Source: a virus
Lineage: Duplodnaviria; Caudoviricetes
Reading direction: 5' to 3' (one strand)
Virus record (IMG/VR): IMGVR_UViG_3300027985_001102
Location: 1 to 53,983 of that record
Length of the DNA: 53,983 bases
Part shown: piece after piece, positions 45,434-53,983 of the stretch
Layout of the letters: the number at the start of each line of letters is the position of its first letter
Numbering within the stretch: the first letter of the stretch is position 1
Position numbers and translations under genes: made by a program
Notes under the pieces: model-generated
The model's input: the letters and a program-made list of their open reading frames with translations, nothing else
Databases searched by the model: none
What the model was told of the DNA's origin: nothing

Positions 45434-45735
45434 TCGAGGGGACAGAAGAGCGCTGGGATCGATGGCAGCGAAGGCAGCCCAAAGGGAGGTAGTCCTACGC
45501 TCGGCCACGGCCACGCCAATGACGGCATGCCTGGCAGGTTCGGCAACGACGGCACAGCGGGAAGCGAAGGAACTCCGAACGAAGGCAATCCCACCGTAGG
45601 CCACGGCCAAGATAGCGTTGGCATCCCGGGGAGCGCTGGCAACGACGGCACCGAAGGAAGCCCTGGCACAGCAAACGACGGAATCCCAAACAGCGACCAG
45701 GACCAGTCGAGCAGGGGGAACGCGCAGTTGCTCAT
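45430..45735 (-). CDS. Pro-rich repeat protein (32-aa repeats) bracketed by CAFP and CPLD
   Basis: ATGA overlap with spike gene; WxW..G.PSF..P.LP.VPSLP.LPGMP repeats. Confidence 0.65.
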   Translation of the reverse strand: MSNCAFPLLDWSWSLFGIPSFAVPGLPSVPSLPALPGMPTLSWPWPTVGLPSFGVPSLPAVPSLPNLPGMPSLAWPWPSVGLPPFGLPSLPSIPALFCPLD

Positions 45736-46457
45736 GGGGTTGCTACCATCAGCGATACCGACGGCAGACCCGGCGAGGGCCCACACAAGACCGGCACGCC
45801 AACCGCAGCGGGCACCAGTGGATTCACGCCTACCACCATCCCGCCAACAACCGTAACGTTGCCAACGATCGTAATGCTACCGTTTGTGATCTCAATACGA
45901 GCGGAGCCGTCTGGGGATCGAATGATTGCACCTTTCGAATCGAGAATGACCGAGGACCCATCTCCCTGAACAATGGTGACCGTTTCCTCTTCGGGATCGA
46001 GAGTGATCGAATGGCACTTCCCCGCCACCCCCCCGGAGAATGCATATGGGCAATACAAGACCTGGATGGTTCCATTGGTGCTCCCGTCGACGTCATCGAA
46101 GGACAAGAACCCACCTCCGTACCCAACGAGCGCGATCGTTCCTGGTTTTGGGCTCGGGAAAGCTCGGTTCCACCGAAGGTCCCGATACGACACAGGAATC
46201 AGATCGTCTGACACTCGTACGGCTTCGCACTCGGTACCAATCGTTTCGTTGTTGATCTCCTCTGGCACTCGTGGACGCCACACAATGCCTGGAGCACCGT
46301 AGGCCTCAATGTCCTGTCCCACTTCACCATCGTCGGAATCGAATCCACCGATCCCACTTCCGCCTAGCAAGACTGCGTTGTGGGGCCCACTCGTGGTCGA
46401 ACCTTCAATCAGAAGCAAGGCCGTGGCCCAGTTGCCGATCGTTGTTGGGTACATCAT
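45732..46457 (-). CDS. Baseplate central spike (Mu gp45-like)
   Basis: YG..G...RP, D.R......PG; beta-helix-like C-terminus. Confidence 0.75.
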   Translation of the reverse strand: MMYPTTIGNWATALLLIEGSTTSGPHNAVLLGGSGIGGFDSDDGEVGQDIEAYGAPGIVWRPRVPEEINNETIGTECEAVRVSDDLIPVSYRDLRWNRAFPSPKPGTIALVGYGGGFLSFDDVDGSTNGTIQVLYCPYAFSGGVAGKCHSITLDPEEETVTIVQGDGSSVILDSKGAIIRSPDGSARIEITNGSITIVGNVTVVGGMVVGVNPLVPAAVGVPVLCGPSPGLPSVSLMVATP

Positions 46458-47587
46458 ATCCTCCAAAGCCCCTTCGCTACCAGGTCAAGATTTGTTGTGT
46501 ATCCGGAGTCTGCATCGCCTCGCAGCGAACACCGTGTGACCAAGTACGGTCCGGATGCCGGCCCACCGATGAGATCGCACCGAACATCAGCCACAGTGTC
46601 GACCCCCCATGGCACCCGTTCTTCCCCGTTCCAGTAGGACAGCCCATCACACTCGATTCGCCATGTGTCCTTTTGCCTTGATCGAAGCGACATTTCGCGA
46701 GCCGCTCTAGATTCTGCCTGCCCTTGAGTTTTCATGGCGTCATCGATAACGATGACCGGACGATGCAATGTCGCATCCACGAGGGTTGTGTCACGTTCGA
46801 GTGCGCGAACCTTTGCTTTCGTGTATTCCTTCCCTCCGCCTACACCAAACACCGCTAGATGTGTTGGAACCTGTTCGAAGTCTTGGGTCCGCTCGGCCTT
46901 TATCACGTTGTTGGACTTGCCGGCTGGGGGCTGTAACGCCTGTAAGGTGTATACGGGAGACTGCCCGTCGTCCGGTGCGCCGACCACAATGCGACCGTCT
47001 ACTGCGTCCCAATGACTCAGATGGAAGCGGCTCAGGTGACGCTCTACGAAGTTGTAGATCGTTTCAGGAGGGGCAACCTTCGCCTGATCCTCTTTGATGT
47101 CATCAAGCACGACTGTCCTTGAGCCTTTGCCCTGTCCAGTCATCAGATCGACGGCCAGATCGGCATCAAGGATAAAATCGGCCTCGGTCAGTCCAAGAGG
47201 CTCATACGCCGAAAGCAACACGTCCTTGAGCGTACCCTTTCGAATATTCACCGTCGGGGAACATGAGGCAAACGACGCATCTGCCAGGACCGAACGAATC
47301 GTAAGCTGCACCGTTGCACCCGTCGACGCACTGAGAGGCATACGGGGAGCAATCATTCGTCCCTTCATACGTGGCCTACCGTTGACCCATACGACGAACT
47401 TGCCCCCCACACGAATCGCGTCAGCCGCTGCCTTCCAAGTGCCATCGTCGCCAATCTCAACCAAGCACTGCGCAGGTTGAAGCAGATCATTGATGAATTC
47501 GAACGATGTCACCCGGTCGCACTGGAACGCTGCACCAGAGCGGTCCGCGCTCGCGATCACCACCTCATCGTTGGGTCGTGTACTCAC
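46454..47587 (-). CDS. Baseplate hub (Mu gp44/P-like)
   Basis: LADAS, P.ET...F..R, DG.IVV, A..RA..EM..R, W.VDT...V motifs. Confidence 0.8.
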   Translation of the reverse strand: MSTRPNDEVVIASADRSGAAFQCDRVTSFEFINDLLQPAQCLVEIGDDGTWKAAADAIRVGGKFVVWVNGRPRMKGRMIAPRMPLSASTGATVQLTIRSVLADASFASCSPTVNIRKGTLKDVLLSAYEPLGLTEADFILDADLAVDLMTGQGKGSRTVVLDDIKEDQAKVAPPETIYNFVERHLSRFHLSHWDAVDGRIVVGAPDDGQSPVYTLQALQPPAGKSNNVIKAERTQDFEQVPTHLAVFGVGGGKEYTKAKVRALERDTTLVDATLHRPVIVIDDAMKTQGQAESRAAREMSLRSRQKDTWRIECDGLSYWNGEERVPWGVDTVADVRCDLIGGPASGPYLVTRCSLRGDADSGYTTNLDLVAKGLWRI

Positions 47588-48486
47588 AAATACACCTTGA
47601 TCGGCGTTCGTGGTGGAATGTAGGTCGGGTCCTCTAGCTGTGTGTTGAGCTGAAGCAGATCGCCTACCTTCTGACCGCGTTCCGATGCCACGGAATACAG
47701 GTCAGTCTCGTGGTCGTAGGTTCGAGTTGTGATTCGCCTCGACCTCGAACGAGCTTGTGACGATGCTCGAGCAGCGGAATCACGGATCTCCAGCAGCTTT
47801 CGCTGTATTGGAGCGGATTCCGGATCAGTCAGACCGAGCGTTCGCTCAATCGACTCGGCCGCTCGTGTGACTTGTCCGGCCTTCATTTCTACGTCCGCGA
47901 CCATCTCGCCTGGAGCGTTCGCCATACCTTCAAGCTCGGCCGCTGCCTCAGTCAGTTCGGAGAAATCGCCGTCCCACTCGCCAAGCGAATCCGCATCGAA
48001 CTCCGCTTCCTCGACTGTGCGACTGGTCGAGCCTCCAACCCACTCGGTGATCTCACTTGGATCAAGACTGTCTTCGTTGTCGCGAACGAATGTGATGCTC
48101 ATCCGTTCGGCATTCCGCATCGAGGTGTCTGCGGATCGGGTCCAGTCCTGGGCACGGACACGAATATTTCGCTCCCATGGAAGGTGAAGTGTGGCAGTCA
48201 AGGAGGTACGCAATGCTGCATCGAGTAGGCTGATTCGGTCGGGCCAAAGCAAAGTATCGTTACCTAGGCGCGGCTCATCGATGGTGTTGCAGAACAACGC
48301 TACAACTGTGAACGTGTCTGCCTTCTCACCGGTGTTGTCAAGTTTGGCTCCCGGTCGATAGGGCCTCTCGCGAGGCACTATGCGATTCCCACTCTGTTTC
48401 TCGCGCGATATGACTGGAAAGATGATCTCCTCCCCATCGTCTGGCACAAACGATGCGGGAGAAGTGCTGTTCCATTCGTCCGTCAT
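47584..48486 (-). CDS. Mu gp43-like DNA circularisation/tail initiator protein with LysM-like C-terminus
   Basis: ASF...FPV, ERPYR.G...D.TG, TLHLP; LLQLN..L.DP..IP. Confidence 0.8.
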   Translation of the reverse strand: MTDEWNSTSPASFVPDDGEEIIFPVISREKQSGNRIVPRERPYRPGAKLDNTGEKADTFTVVALFCNTIDEPRLGNDTLLWPDRISLLDAALRTSLTATLHLPWERNIRVRAQDWTRSADTSMRNAERMSITFVRDNEDSLDPSEITEWVGGSTSRTVEEAEFDADSLGEWDGDFSELTEAAAELEGMANAPGEMVADVEMKAGQVTRAAESIERTLGLTDPESAPIQRKLLEIRDSAARASSQARSRSRRITTRTYDHETDLYSVASERGQKVGDLLQLNTQLEDPTYIPPRTPIKVYL

Positions 48487-50420
48487 CCGCTTGCTCCTGG
48501 ACCGTTCGGCGGTGTTGGTGGGAGTCCGTTCGATCCTGTCGGTTTGCCCTTTACCTTCGCAAGCTCAACCGCTGCCTTTCGAGCATTCTCCCCTACAGAT
48601 CGGAATGCTTCGGCAGCCGCTTTGGCTTCTTCGCCCGCACCACCCAGTTGCCCCTCAAGGACACGGGTCATCTTAGCCCCTTCCTTGCTGGCAGAAAGCG
48701 AGCGAGCCTCCGGGTTAAGCGATTCATCACCTGTTACAAAGGCGGCAGCCTTTCCAAACACAGCCGTGGCCGCGGACATGGGCTTCCTATTGTGGGCGTT
48801 TCTGGCAGAGCGAAGCTCTTCCAGTGCCTTCTTCTTTTCGGAGGTGGACGCTCCAGGATCGCCCGCCACTTGTTCTGCCCTTGCCGTTGCCGTACGTAGA
48901 TCACGTTGGGCCTTGTCATCCCCCTCCAAAGCGTCATCGATAGCTTTCTCTCCGATCTCGTAAGCAATCAATGCCGCTGCAGCAACGCCAATTGCCTTGC
49001 CAGCCGTGGCCCATCCACCGCTCTTGGCAGCGTCCGCAGCGATCATGGAACCGACACCGGCGAACGCCTTCTTGCTTACTGTCAACGCAGCTGTCTGCGT
49101 TCCAGCGCTGAGAGCCGCGCCACCGACTCGCCCCCCCACATACAGCCCACCAGCCAGTGCGGGATTGCGAGTTACAAACTCGACGATCTTGCTCATGCCC
49201 TCTGCCAGTTTGGGAAGAGATTTTGCCAACTCATCCATGGCCGAAAGCATCTCTGGTTTGGTGAACGACTGGTAAAACGTCTCCATGGCCTGCTGGAGCT
49301 TGCGCTGTGGTTCCTCTTGCCGTCTCTTTGATTCTTCGGCGATCTTTGCGGCTGTGAGGGATGAGCTACCGGCTTCACCCATGGCTCGATCAAACGCCCT
49401 TAGTCCCGCCTCCGTAGCTTCCTTCGCGCTCTTTCCACTCGCCTTCGCTTTTACCACTGCTTCATCAAATGGCTTGGCGAGTTCGTCAAACACGGTCCTG
49501 GAATCGCCGGTTAGCGAGGCCTCGATTGCGGTTCGACCTTTGCCTCCGAGCATTGATCGGATCTTATCGAACGCGGTTGAGTCCGCATCAAACTTGATTC
49601 CACTCTTTTTTGATAGGTTCTTCAGATCTGATGAACCACGTTTGAACCTCTCCAGAAGCATCTTGAGACCTGGGGAGGCCTTCTCACCAACACGCGAGTC
49701 GAGCGCTACCATCACACCAAGCAAGGTGGACATGCCCTCTTTGCCCTTGAGCCCTGCCGCTGCCGCCTCGCCTGCCATCAAGGCGAACTTCGGGCCCATC
49801 GCATCAATTGAGGCTCCGCCAACTCCAACCTTCTCCACAAACGCAGCCATCATATCAGGCAGATCCTTGGAGGTGGCACCAAACTTGCGTTGCATGAGTT
49901 GAGCCGCATTTGCCAAGTGGTCAACAGAGTAACCGGTAGCATTGGCTGCGTTTGCAATCGACTCTAACGAAGCTTTGGTGTATTCGGAATCGCCCGTCGC
50001 CTCGAACACGCTCTTGAATGCTCCCGCCATCTCGCTCGCACTACGGCTCGTCTGTAATGCCACCGGCTCGATCTGGCTCTGAATCTGCTGCCATGTGACA
50101 GCCTCTTTCCCCGTCTTTGAAATGTTGAACGCAAGGTCGGAGTAGACCGAGCGCATCTCAAGAGCTGACTTCAAACCAGCACCCACTCCGATCGCACCGC
50201 CAAGTGTGGTGGCTGCTTTGAGAGCACCCTTGATGTCGTTCATGAGCGCTCCAGCCGCATCGCGCCCAGCCTTGAACCCAGCCTTCATCGGTTCGGATAA
50301 CGCCTTGCCGATCTGGGACCCCACTCGTCCAGCTTGCCGCGCCACGTCCCGCATGCCACCAGCGAATGAGCCGGCGTTCAACGTCAGACGGACAGATGCG
50401 TCACGTGTCGCCATCGCCAA
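48483..50420 (-). CDS. Tape measure protein
   Basis: Ala/Gly-rich helical protein after the chaperone; TP901-type core A.A.ATG. Confidence 0.85.
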   Translation of the reverse strand: MAMATRDASVRLTLNAGSFAGGMRDVARQAGRVGSQIGKALSEPMKAGFKAGRDAAGALMNDIKGALKAATTLGGAIGVGAGLKSALEMRSVYSDLAFNISKTGKEAVTWQQIQSQIEPVALQTSRSASEMAGAFKSVFEATGDSEYTKASLESIANAANATGYSVDHLANAAQLMQRKFGATSKDLPDMMAAFVEKVGVGGASIDAMGPKFALMAGEAAAAGLKGKEGMSTLLGVMVALDSRVGEKASPGLKMLLERFKRGSSDLKNLSKKSGIKFDADSTAFDKIRSMLGGKGRTAIEASLTGDSRTVFDELAKPFDEAVVKAKASGKSAKEATEAGLRAFDRAMGEAGSSSLTAAKIAEESKRRQEEPQRKLQQAMETFYQSFTKPEMLSAMDELAKSLPKLAEGMSKIVEFVTRNPALAGGLYVGGRVGGAALSAGTQTAALTVSKKAFAGVGSMIAADAAKSGGWATAGKAIGVAAAALIAYEIGEKAIDDALEGDDKAQRDLRTATARAEQVAGDPGASTSEKKKALEELRSARNAHNRKPMSAATAVFGKAAAFVTGDESLNPEARSLSASKEGAKMTRVLEGQLGGAGEEAKAAAEAFRSVGENARKAAVELAKVKGKPTGSNGLPPTPPNGPGASG

Positions 50421-50622
50421 GCATCCTGTCGAGGGTGTCCCTCAGTTCGGGCCAAGACGCGCTCCCGCGCAAGATCGACATCAGCTCGCCGGTCCCGAGG
50501 GTGCCAGCGTCGAGTTCGCGCACGATCGCAACCATGCAAGCACTGTCGGACAGGTCGCGGCTAGCTCCGCCATAGAAACGATGAAGCTGGGCTGCTCGAA
50601 CCCAGCGATACCGGTCAAAGGG
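50401..50622 (-). other. -1 programmed frameshift site CCCTTTG (50616-50622) and GT-type extension
   Basis: C CCT TTG is an in-register slippery heptamer; the -1 frame is open to TGA at 50401 (FDRYRWVRAAQLHRFYGGASRDLSD...GDGDT). Confidence 0.78.
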
Positions 50623-51068
50623 AGGCAGTGGCCCGCCCGTGCCACTTCGATGAGTTTCCGGTAGACGTCGTCCTCGGACATGATGCGCTCGCGCGGGTCA
50701 AGCATGTCCCGATAGACACGAATCCGCCCGAGTATGTCCTGAAGCGTGCCCTCATCAAACCGAGACTTGAGCTCGTCAGGCTCGCACATCTGTGCCTCAG
50801 TCTCCGGGTCTCGAATGCACTTTGCGAGCAGACACAGTTGCTCAAATTCCTCGAACATGTCTCGATCGGCGGCGGGATCCAACTTCTCACGAGCGAACAT
50901 CGCCTTGACGTCGATTCTCGCCTGAAGCAACTCTGCCGGTCGTGGAACTCGCACCTTGATAGGCACATCCACAAACGCCTTCGTGCGCGGGTCGAACTCG
51001 CGCAACTTGTCGGAAATGACCACGTGGCCCTTCGCGCCTCGCTCCATCTCCAGCTCTGACCAGTCCAT
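50481..51068 (-). CDS. Tail assembly chaperone (G form)
   Basis: Lies between tube and tape measure genes; GGAGG RBS. Confidence 0.75.
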   Translation of the reverse strand: MDWSELEMERGAKGHVVISDKLREFDPRTKAFVDVPIKVRVPRPAELLQARIDVKAMFAREKLDPAADRDMFEEFEQLCLLAKCIRDPETEAQMCEPDELKSRFDEGTLQDILGRIRVYRDMLDPRERIMSEDDVYRKLIEVARAGHCLPLTGIAGFEQPSFIVSMAELAATCPTVLAWLRSCANSTLAPSGPAS

Positions 51069-51099
51069 GATTCCTCCCAAATGGTGTTCAAATAGTTGA

Positions 51100-51130
51100 G
51101 GCCCGGACCGGGGAGGAACGGTTCCGGGCC
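51100..51130 (-). terminator. GC-rich hairpin after the tube gene (terminator or processing site)
   Basis: GGCCCGGACCG-N8-CGGTTCCGGGCC; only a weak U tract. Confidence 0.4.
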
Positions 51131-51161
51131 CCGGACCCGAGGGGCATCGAGTCCTTTCCGT

Positions 51162-51530
51162 CTACTTGTTCTTCCCGATAATCTTCGCCGAGAACTCGAT
51201 CGCGCCTGACATGTTGGTCGTGTACTCCAGATCGTCGATCTCTCCGGTAATAGCCACGACAAGACCAGGAAGCTTGAGACGATATTGGGAAACCTTGTCC
51301 TTGTCGTACTCTTCCTTCCAGTCACGCTCGAATCCGTTCGCGTCAATGACCGCCTTGAAGGTCATTTCGTTGGCCGACTCACCACGGGTTACACCCGCCT
51401 CAGGATCGCGAAGGGTACCCTGGAGTTTCTTTCCCTTGCTCAGCCGAACTGTGACGTCGGTCACCTGAATCAGATCGCCAGCGCCCTTGCTTACACGGCC
51501 TCGCGGATACTTGAGGACTTCGTCACCCAT
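51162..51530 (-). CDS. Tail tube protein
   Basis: About 122-aa beta-rich protein directly after the sheath. Confidence 0.75.
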   Translation of the reverse strand: MGDEVLKYPRGRVSKGAGDLIQVTDVTVRLSKGKKLQGTLRDPEAGVTRGESANEMTFKAVIDANGFERDWKEEYDKDKVSQYRLKLPGLVVAITGEIDDLEYTTNMSGAIEFSAKIIGKNK

Positions 51531-51532
51531 GC

Positions 51533-53053
51533 TCAACCTGCCTTTGCTACGTAGACGCCGAACTTGCTAAGGATCTTGAACGGTACGGCCGGGATGAAGA
51601 TGTTGACCTGTGTTGGGTCAGTCGAATCGACCGCAACGACATACGACCCGTCAACCACGGCGGATTCGAACGCATCCCCGTCAATGACCCCCTTGGGCAC
51701 CCAGTAGCCTATGGTGCGCGCTGAAATGAACGTCTTGACGTCAGACTCTTCAACGACGCCCTCAGGCAGCGGATTGTCGCCAACCACACGGTCCTTAGCA
51801 ATCTTGGCCTGCTTGAACTCGTTGGGGAGCGCCGAGCGGATGTCCTTTGCATAGTCGTACAGGGCATCCACTTCGTTGACGTCGAAACATCGCACATCTG
51901 GATTCCCACTCTCGTCCTGTGAGTGAGTGGTGATCGGGCGCATGAGCTGCAGCGTGCCGGTCGCCGAGTAGCACATCAGCGATACGCCGTTGGTCATGGC
52001 ATCAATGGCCTCGGGGTCCGTCGGGTTGTCCCCAAGGATGTCCGCGCTCGGGTACAGCCCCTTGAGTTCAGTCCCGATGCGGTTCGAGTTGGGGTTCAGC
52101 TTGCGCCGTCGCATGCGATCGCCAGCTTCTGCGCCTGCGAGCTCGCACGGGAGGGACTCAAGTCCTACACCGCACAAATGCTCAATCACTTCAGCATTTC
52201 GTCCAATTGCACCCGTCTTTGCGGCCGCGATTGTTGAAGTGCTAGCGATCACGCCTTGCTGCAGTTTCGCCGAAAGCCCAGTGTTGAGTCCTTCAATGTG
52301 GGCCTGAAGACTCGCCGGGTTGTTACCGGACGCCGCATTGGTGTCTGCGTTGCTGCAGCACAAAACGATCAAGTCGTACTCGGTTCCCTGCGCAGATGCG
52401 AGCGCCGTAGTGAATACTGGCTCGGTCGTGCCACCAGTAAGGTTTGCACCCGAAACGGCAACAGACCCTCCGGCACATCCCAAAATGATTCGTGCGCGAA
52501 GTGTCACATCGTTACCGGCTGGCCCCTTCCCCTTTGCGGTGAGATCAACGTCTCCAGCCGCAACAGCATCCGTGGCAGTTACAAAAAGGTCGTCAGCCAA
52601 TCGGTTGATGTAGGAGACTGCCTTCGTCACCAAATCGTCGGCAGATTCACCAACATTCCACGGCACGTCGATGATTCGACCCTGGATCCAGTGACGGACA
52701 GTGCCGTTGGTAGTGATTGTTCCCGTGTAGGTAATGGTCCCCGTGGCCGCTGCCCCGGCGCTTGCTGTTGGACAAAGAAGGTCAACTCGCGCAGTCGCAT
52801 CGTTCGCGAACAATGCCTTGTAGGCCAAGTGAGGAAGCGATCCCTGACCGGCCGCTGTCTTGACGTCGTCGGGGCTGTTGACCGTGCGAATCTCCGTGTC
52901 GACGGTCATGTCTCCGCCGGTGGTGTTCTTCGGGCCCACAAGCAATGCACGGATCTGCCCAGACCCTGGAGAGGCCGAGCCGTAGAGCAGATCGACAACC
53001 AAATGAAGCCCGGGAACCGGGTTGGATGGCGCGACAGCCAGGGGGATTCCCAT
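51533..53053 (-). CDS. Contractile tail sheath (Mu gpL-like)
   Basis: VPG, G.GS..H, AATGTIT..GT, LTAK.KG.AGND, R.ITT..QD..GNPD. Confidence 0.92.
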   Translation of the reverse strand: MGIPLAVAPSNPVPGLHLVVDLLYGSASPGSGQIRALLVGPKNTTGGDMTVDTEIRTVNSPDDVKTAAGQGSLPHLAYKALFANDATARVDLLCPTASAGAAATGTITYTGTITTNGTVRHWIQGRIIDVPWNVGESADDLVTKAVSYINRLADDLFVTATDAVAAGDVDLTAKGKGPAGNDVTLRARIILGCAGGSVAVSGANLTGGTTEPVFTTALASAQGTEYDLIVLCCSNADTNAASGNNPASLQAHIEGLNTGLSAKLQQGVIASTSTIAAAKTGAIGRNAEVIEHLCGVGLESLPCELAGAEAGDRMRRRKLNPNSNRIGTELKGLYPSADILGDNPTDPEAIDAMTNGVSLMCYSATGTLQLMRPITTHSQDESGNPDVRCFDVNEVDALYDYAKDIRSALPNEFKQAKIAKDRVVGDNPLPEGVVEESDVKTFISARTIGYWVPKGVIDGDAFESAVVDGSYVVAVDSTDPTQVNIFIPAVPFKILSKFGVYVAKAG

Positions 53054-53340
53054 CAGTCCTCACTCTCCGCGGGGGTGGCCGCGATTGATGCTTCGTATTC
53101 CGCGGCGGATACCTCAACCAGATCACCGCGTCGCACTGCCGCATTGAGCTCACGCACGTATCGCCCGCAGTAAATCTCGGTTAGTGGCGTGATCTTCGCC
53201 GTATCCCAAACGACTTCGCGCCCGTTCCGGACCGCTCCAATAAGCTCACACGCACGCGACGGGGAGCCGGAGTCATACCGCGCTACAGCTCGGCCTTCTA
53301 CAGAGCGAAAAAACCGCGTGAACTTAGGGGCATCAGCCAT
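53053..53340 (-). CDS. Small pre-sheath protein (Mu gp38-like position)
   Basis: Y.R.....VRRGDLVEV motif; TGATG overlap with the sheath gene. Confidence 0.65.
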   Translation of the reverse strand: MADAPKFTRFFRSVEGRAVARYDSGSPSRACELIGAVRNGREVVWDTAKITPLTEIYCGRYVRELNAAVRRGDLVEVSAAEYEASIAATPAESED

Positions 53341-53349
53341 GTCTAGATC

Positions 53350-53839
53350 CTACGTCATGGGGATGGTGGCGTCGGGAACGTCGATTTCGGATGGATGTGT
53401 GCCAGCCGCATAGAACGAGCGGTACCGCGTGGCGATCCAGTCGCTGAACGTCTGTGAATCCCGATGAACCAACGCGTATCCAGTCGTGAATCGCACTATG
53501 TCTACAAACGACGTCGGGGTCGTTCCGTATGGGCGAGCATCGAGAATCTCTATCCCTTGCGGATGGCTCAGTACCTGCCCACGCACTGCAGTCAAATCGG
53601 TGAGTACCTCAAGCACATCATCACGAAGCGTCGCCCCTTCACGGAGCCGAATCGCGAGGTCAGATTGCCTGGTAGTGACCAGGAACAGTGCCCACTCGTT
53701 CTTGAATAGACGCCGCCCCCGTCCTGCCCTGTCCTGGGTCACACCGTAGGCTGCCGACACAGACCCATTCACAGGGGTAGCAGCGAGCCACGACAGCACA
53801 GCCGCTGGGGTATCAACCGCTTGAGCGCGGAACAGTGAA
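53350..53839 (-). CDS. 3' part of the junction-spanning tail completion protein
   Basis: In-frame continuation of 440->1. Confidence 0.75.
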
Positions 53840-53983
53840 ATGGCCGTGTTCTGGTCCAGCTCACGGTATTCCTTGATCTGCCTCAGTGCGCCGAATGTTT
53901 CGAGCGAAACACCGCCGGTTACTCCAGCGGGTGATGCGCTCTTGGTCTCAACGCCAGCAATCGGAGGGTCCCAGAGAACCTCG
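53840..53983. repeat. Terminal direct repeat, copy 2
   Basis: Exact match to 1-144. Confidence 0.97.

Noticed and set aside
45480-45720. CRISPR-like or DGR-like repeats
   Set aside because: The repeats are degenerate at third codon positions and encode protein repeats; no cas or reverse transcriptase gene is seen anywhere.
52256-53173. 305-aa plus-strand ORF
   Set aside because: Antisense shadow of the sheath gene.
53840-53983. Biological terminal repeat of the virion DNA
   Set aside because: It falls mid-gene and far from terS; more likely an assembly overlap of a circular contig. Read-end analysis would decide.
1-53983. Transposable Mu-like phage
   Set aside because: No DDE transposase, MuB or host-DNA ends; it uses a tyrosine integrase and its own replication genes.

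Overview
The window is a complete, circular (about 53.84 kb unit length) temperate myovirus genome. Bases 1-144 are repeated exactly at 53840-53983, and a minus-strand neck/tail-completion gene reads in frame across the join. It has Mu-like head and contractile-tail genes (TerS/TerL, a portal-gpF fusion, protease/scaffold, capsid, sheath, tube, frameshifted chaperone, tape measure, gp43-48-like baseplate) but no Mu transposase. Instead it has a tyrosine integrase, an excisionase and an intact attP that resembles a tRNA-Pro 3' end. Other modules are a cI/ImmA immunity switch, RepA/AAA and SF2 helicases beside an iteron origin, an SMC-like ATPase/RecE recombination block, and a lysis block with two cysteine proteases. 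The host is probably a GC-rich myxobacterium (inference only). The most unusual observations are four. (1) Two paralogous regulatory cassettes each consist of a sigma54 promoter, a stand-alone Fis-type HTH gene, 14-bp palindromes with an IHF-like box, and a second sigma54 promoter that drives a cargo operon. (2) One of those operons ends in a DUF523/TudS thiouracil-desulfidase-like gene that converges on a ParB-PAPS-reductase (DndC/SspD-like) fusion, a candidate sulfur-nucleotide system. (3) A Dam-family methyltransferase is out of frame at a C10 tract, while five leaderless late structural promoters carry GATC in their -10 box. (4) A tRNA top-half mini-element lies in an intergenic gap. All calls come from motifs and synteny read by eye; no database search was run.
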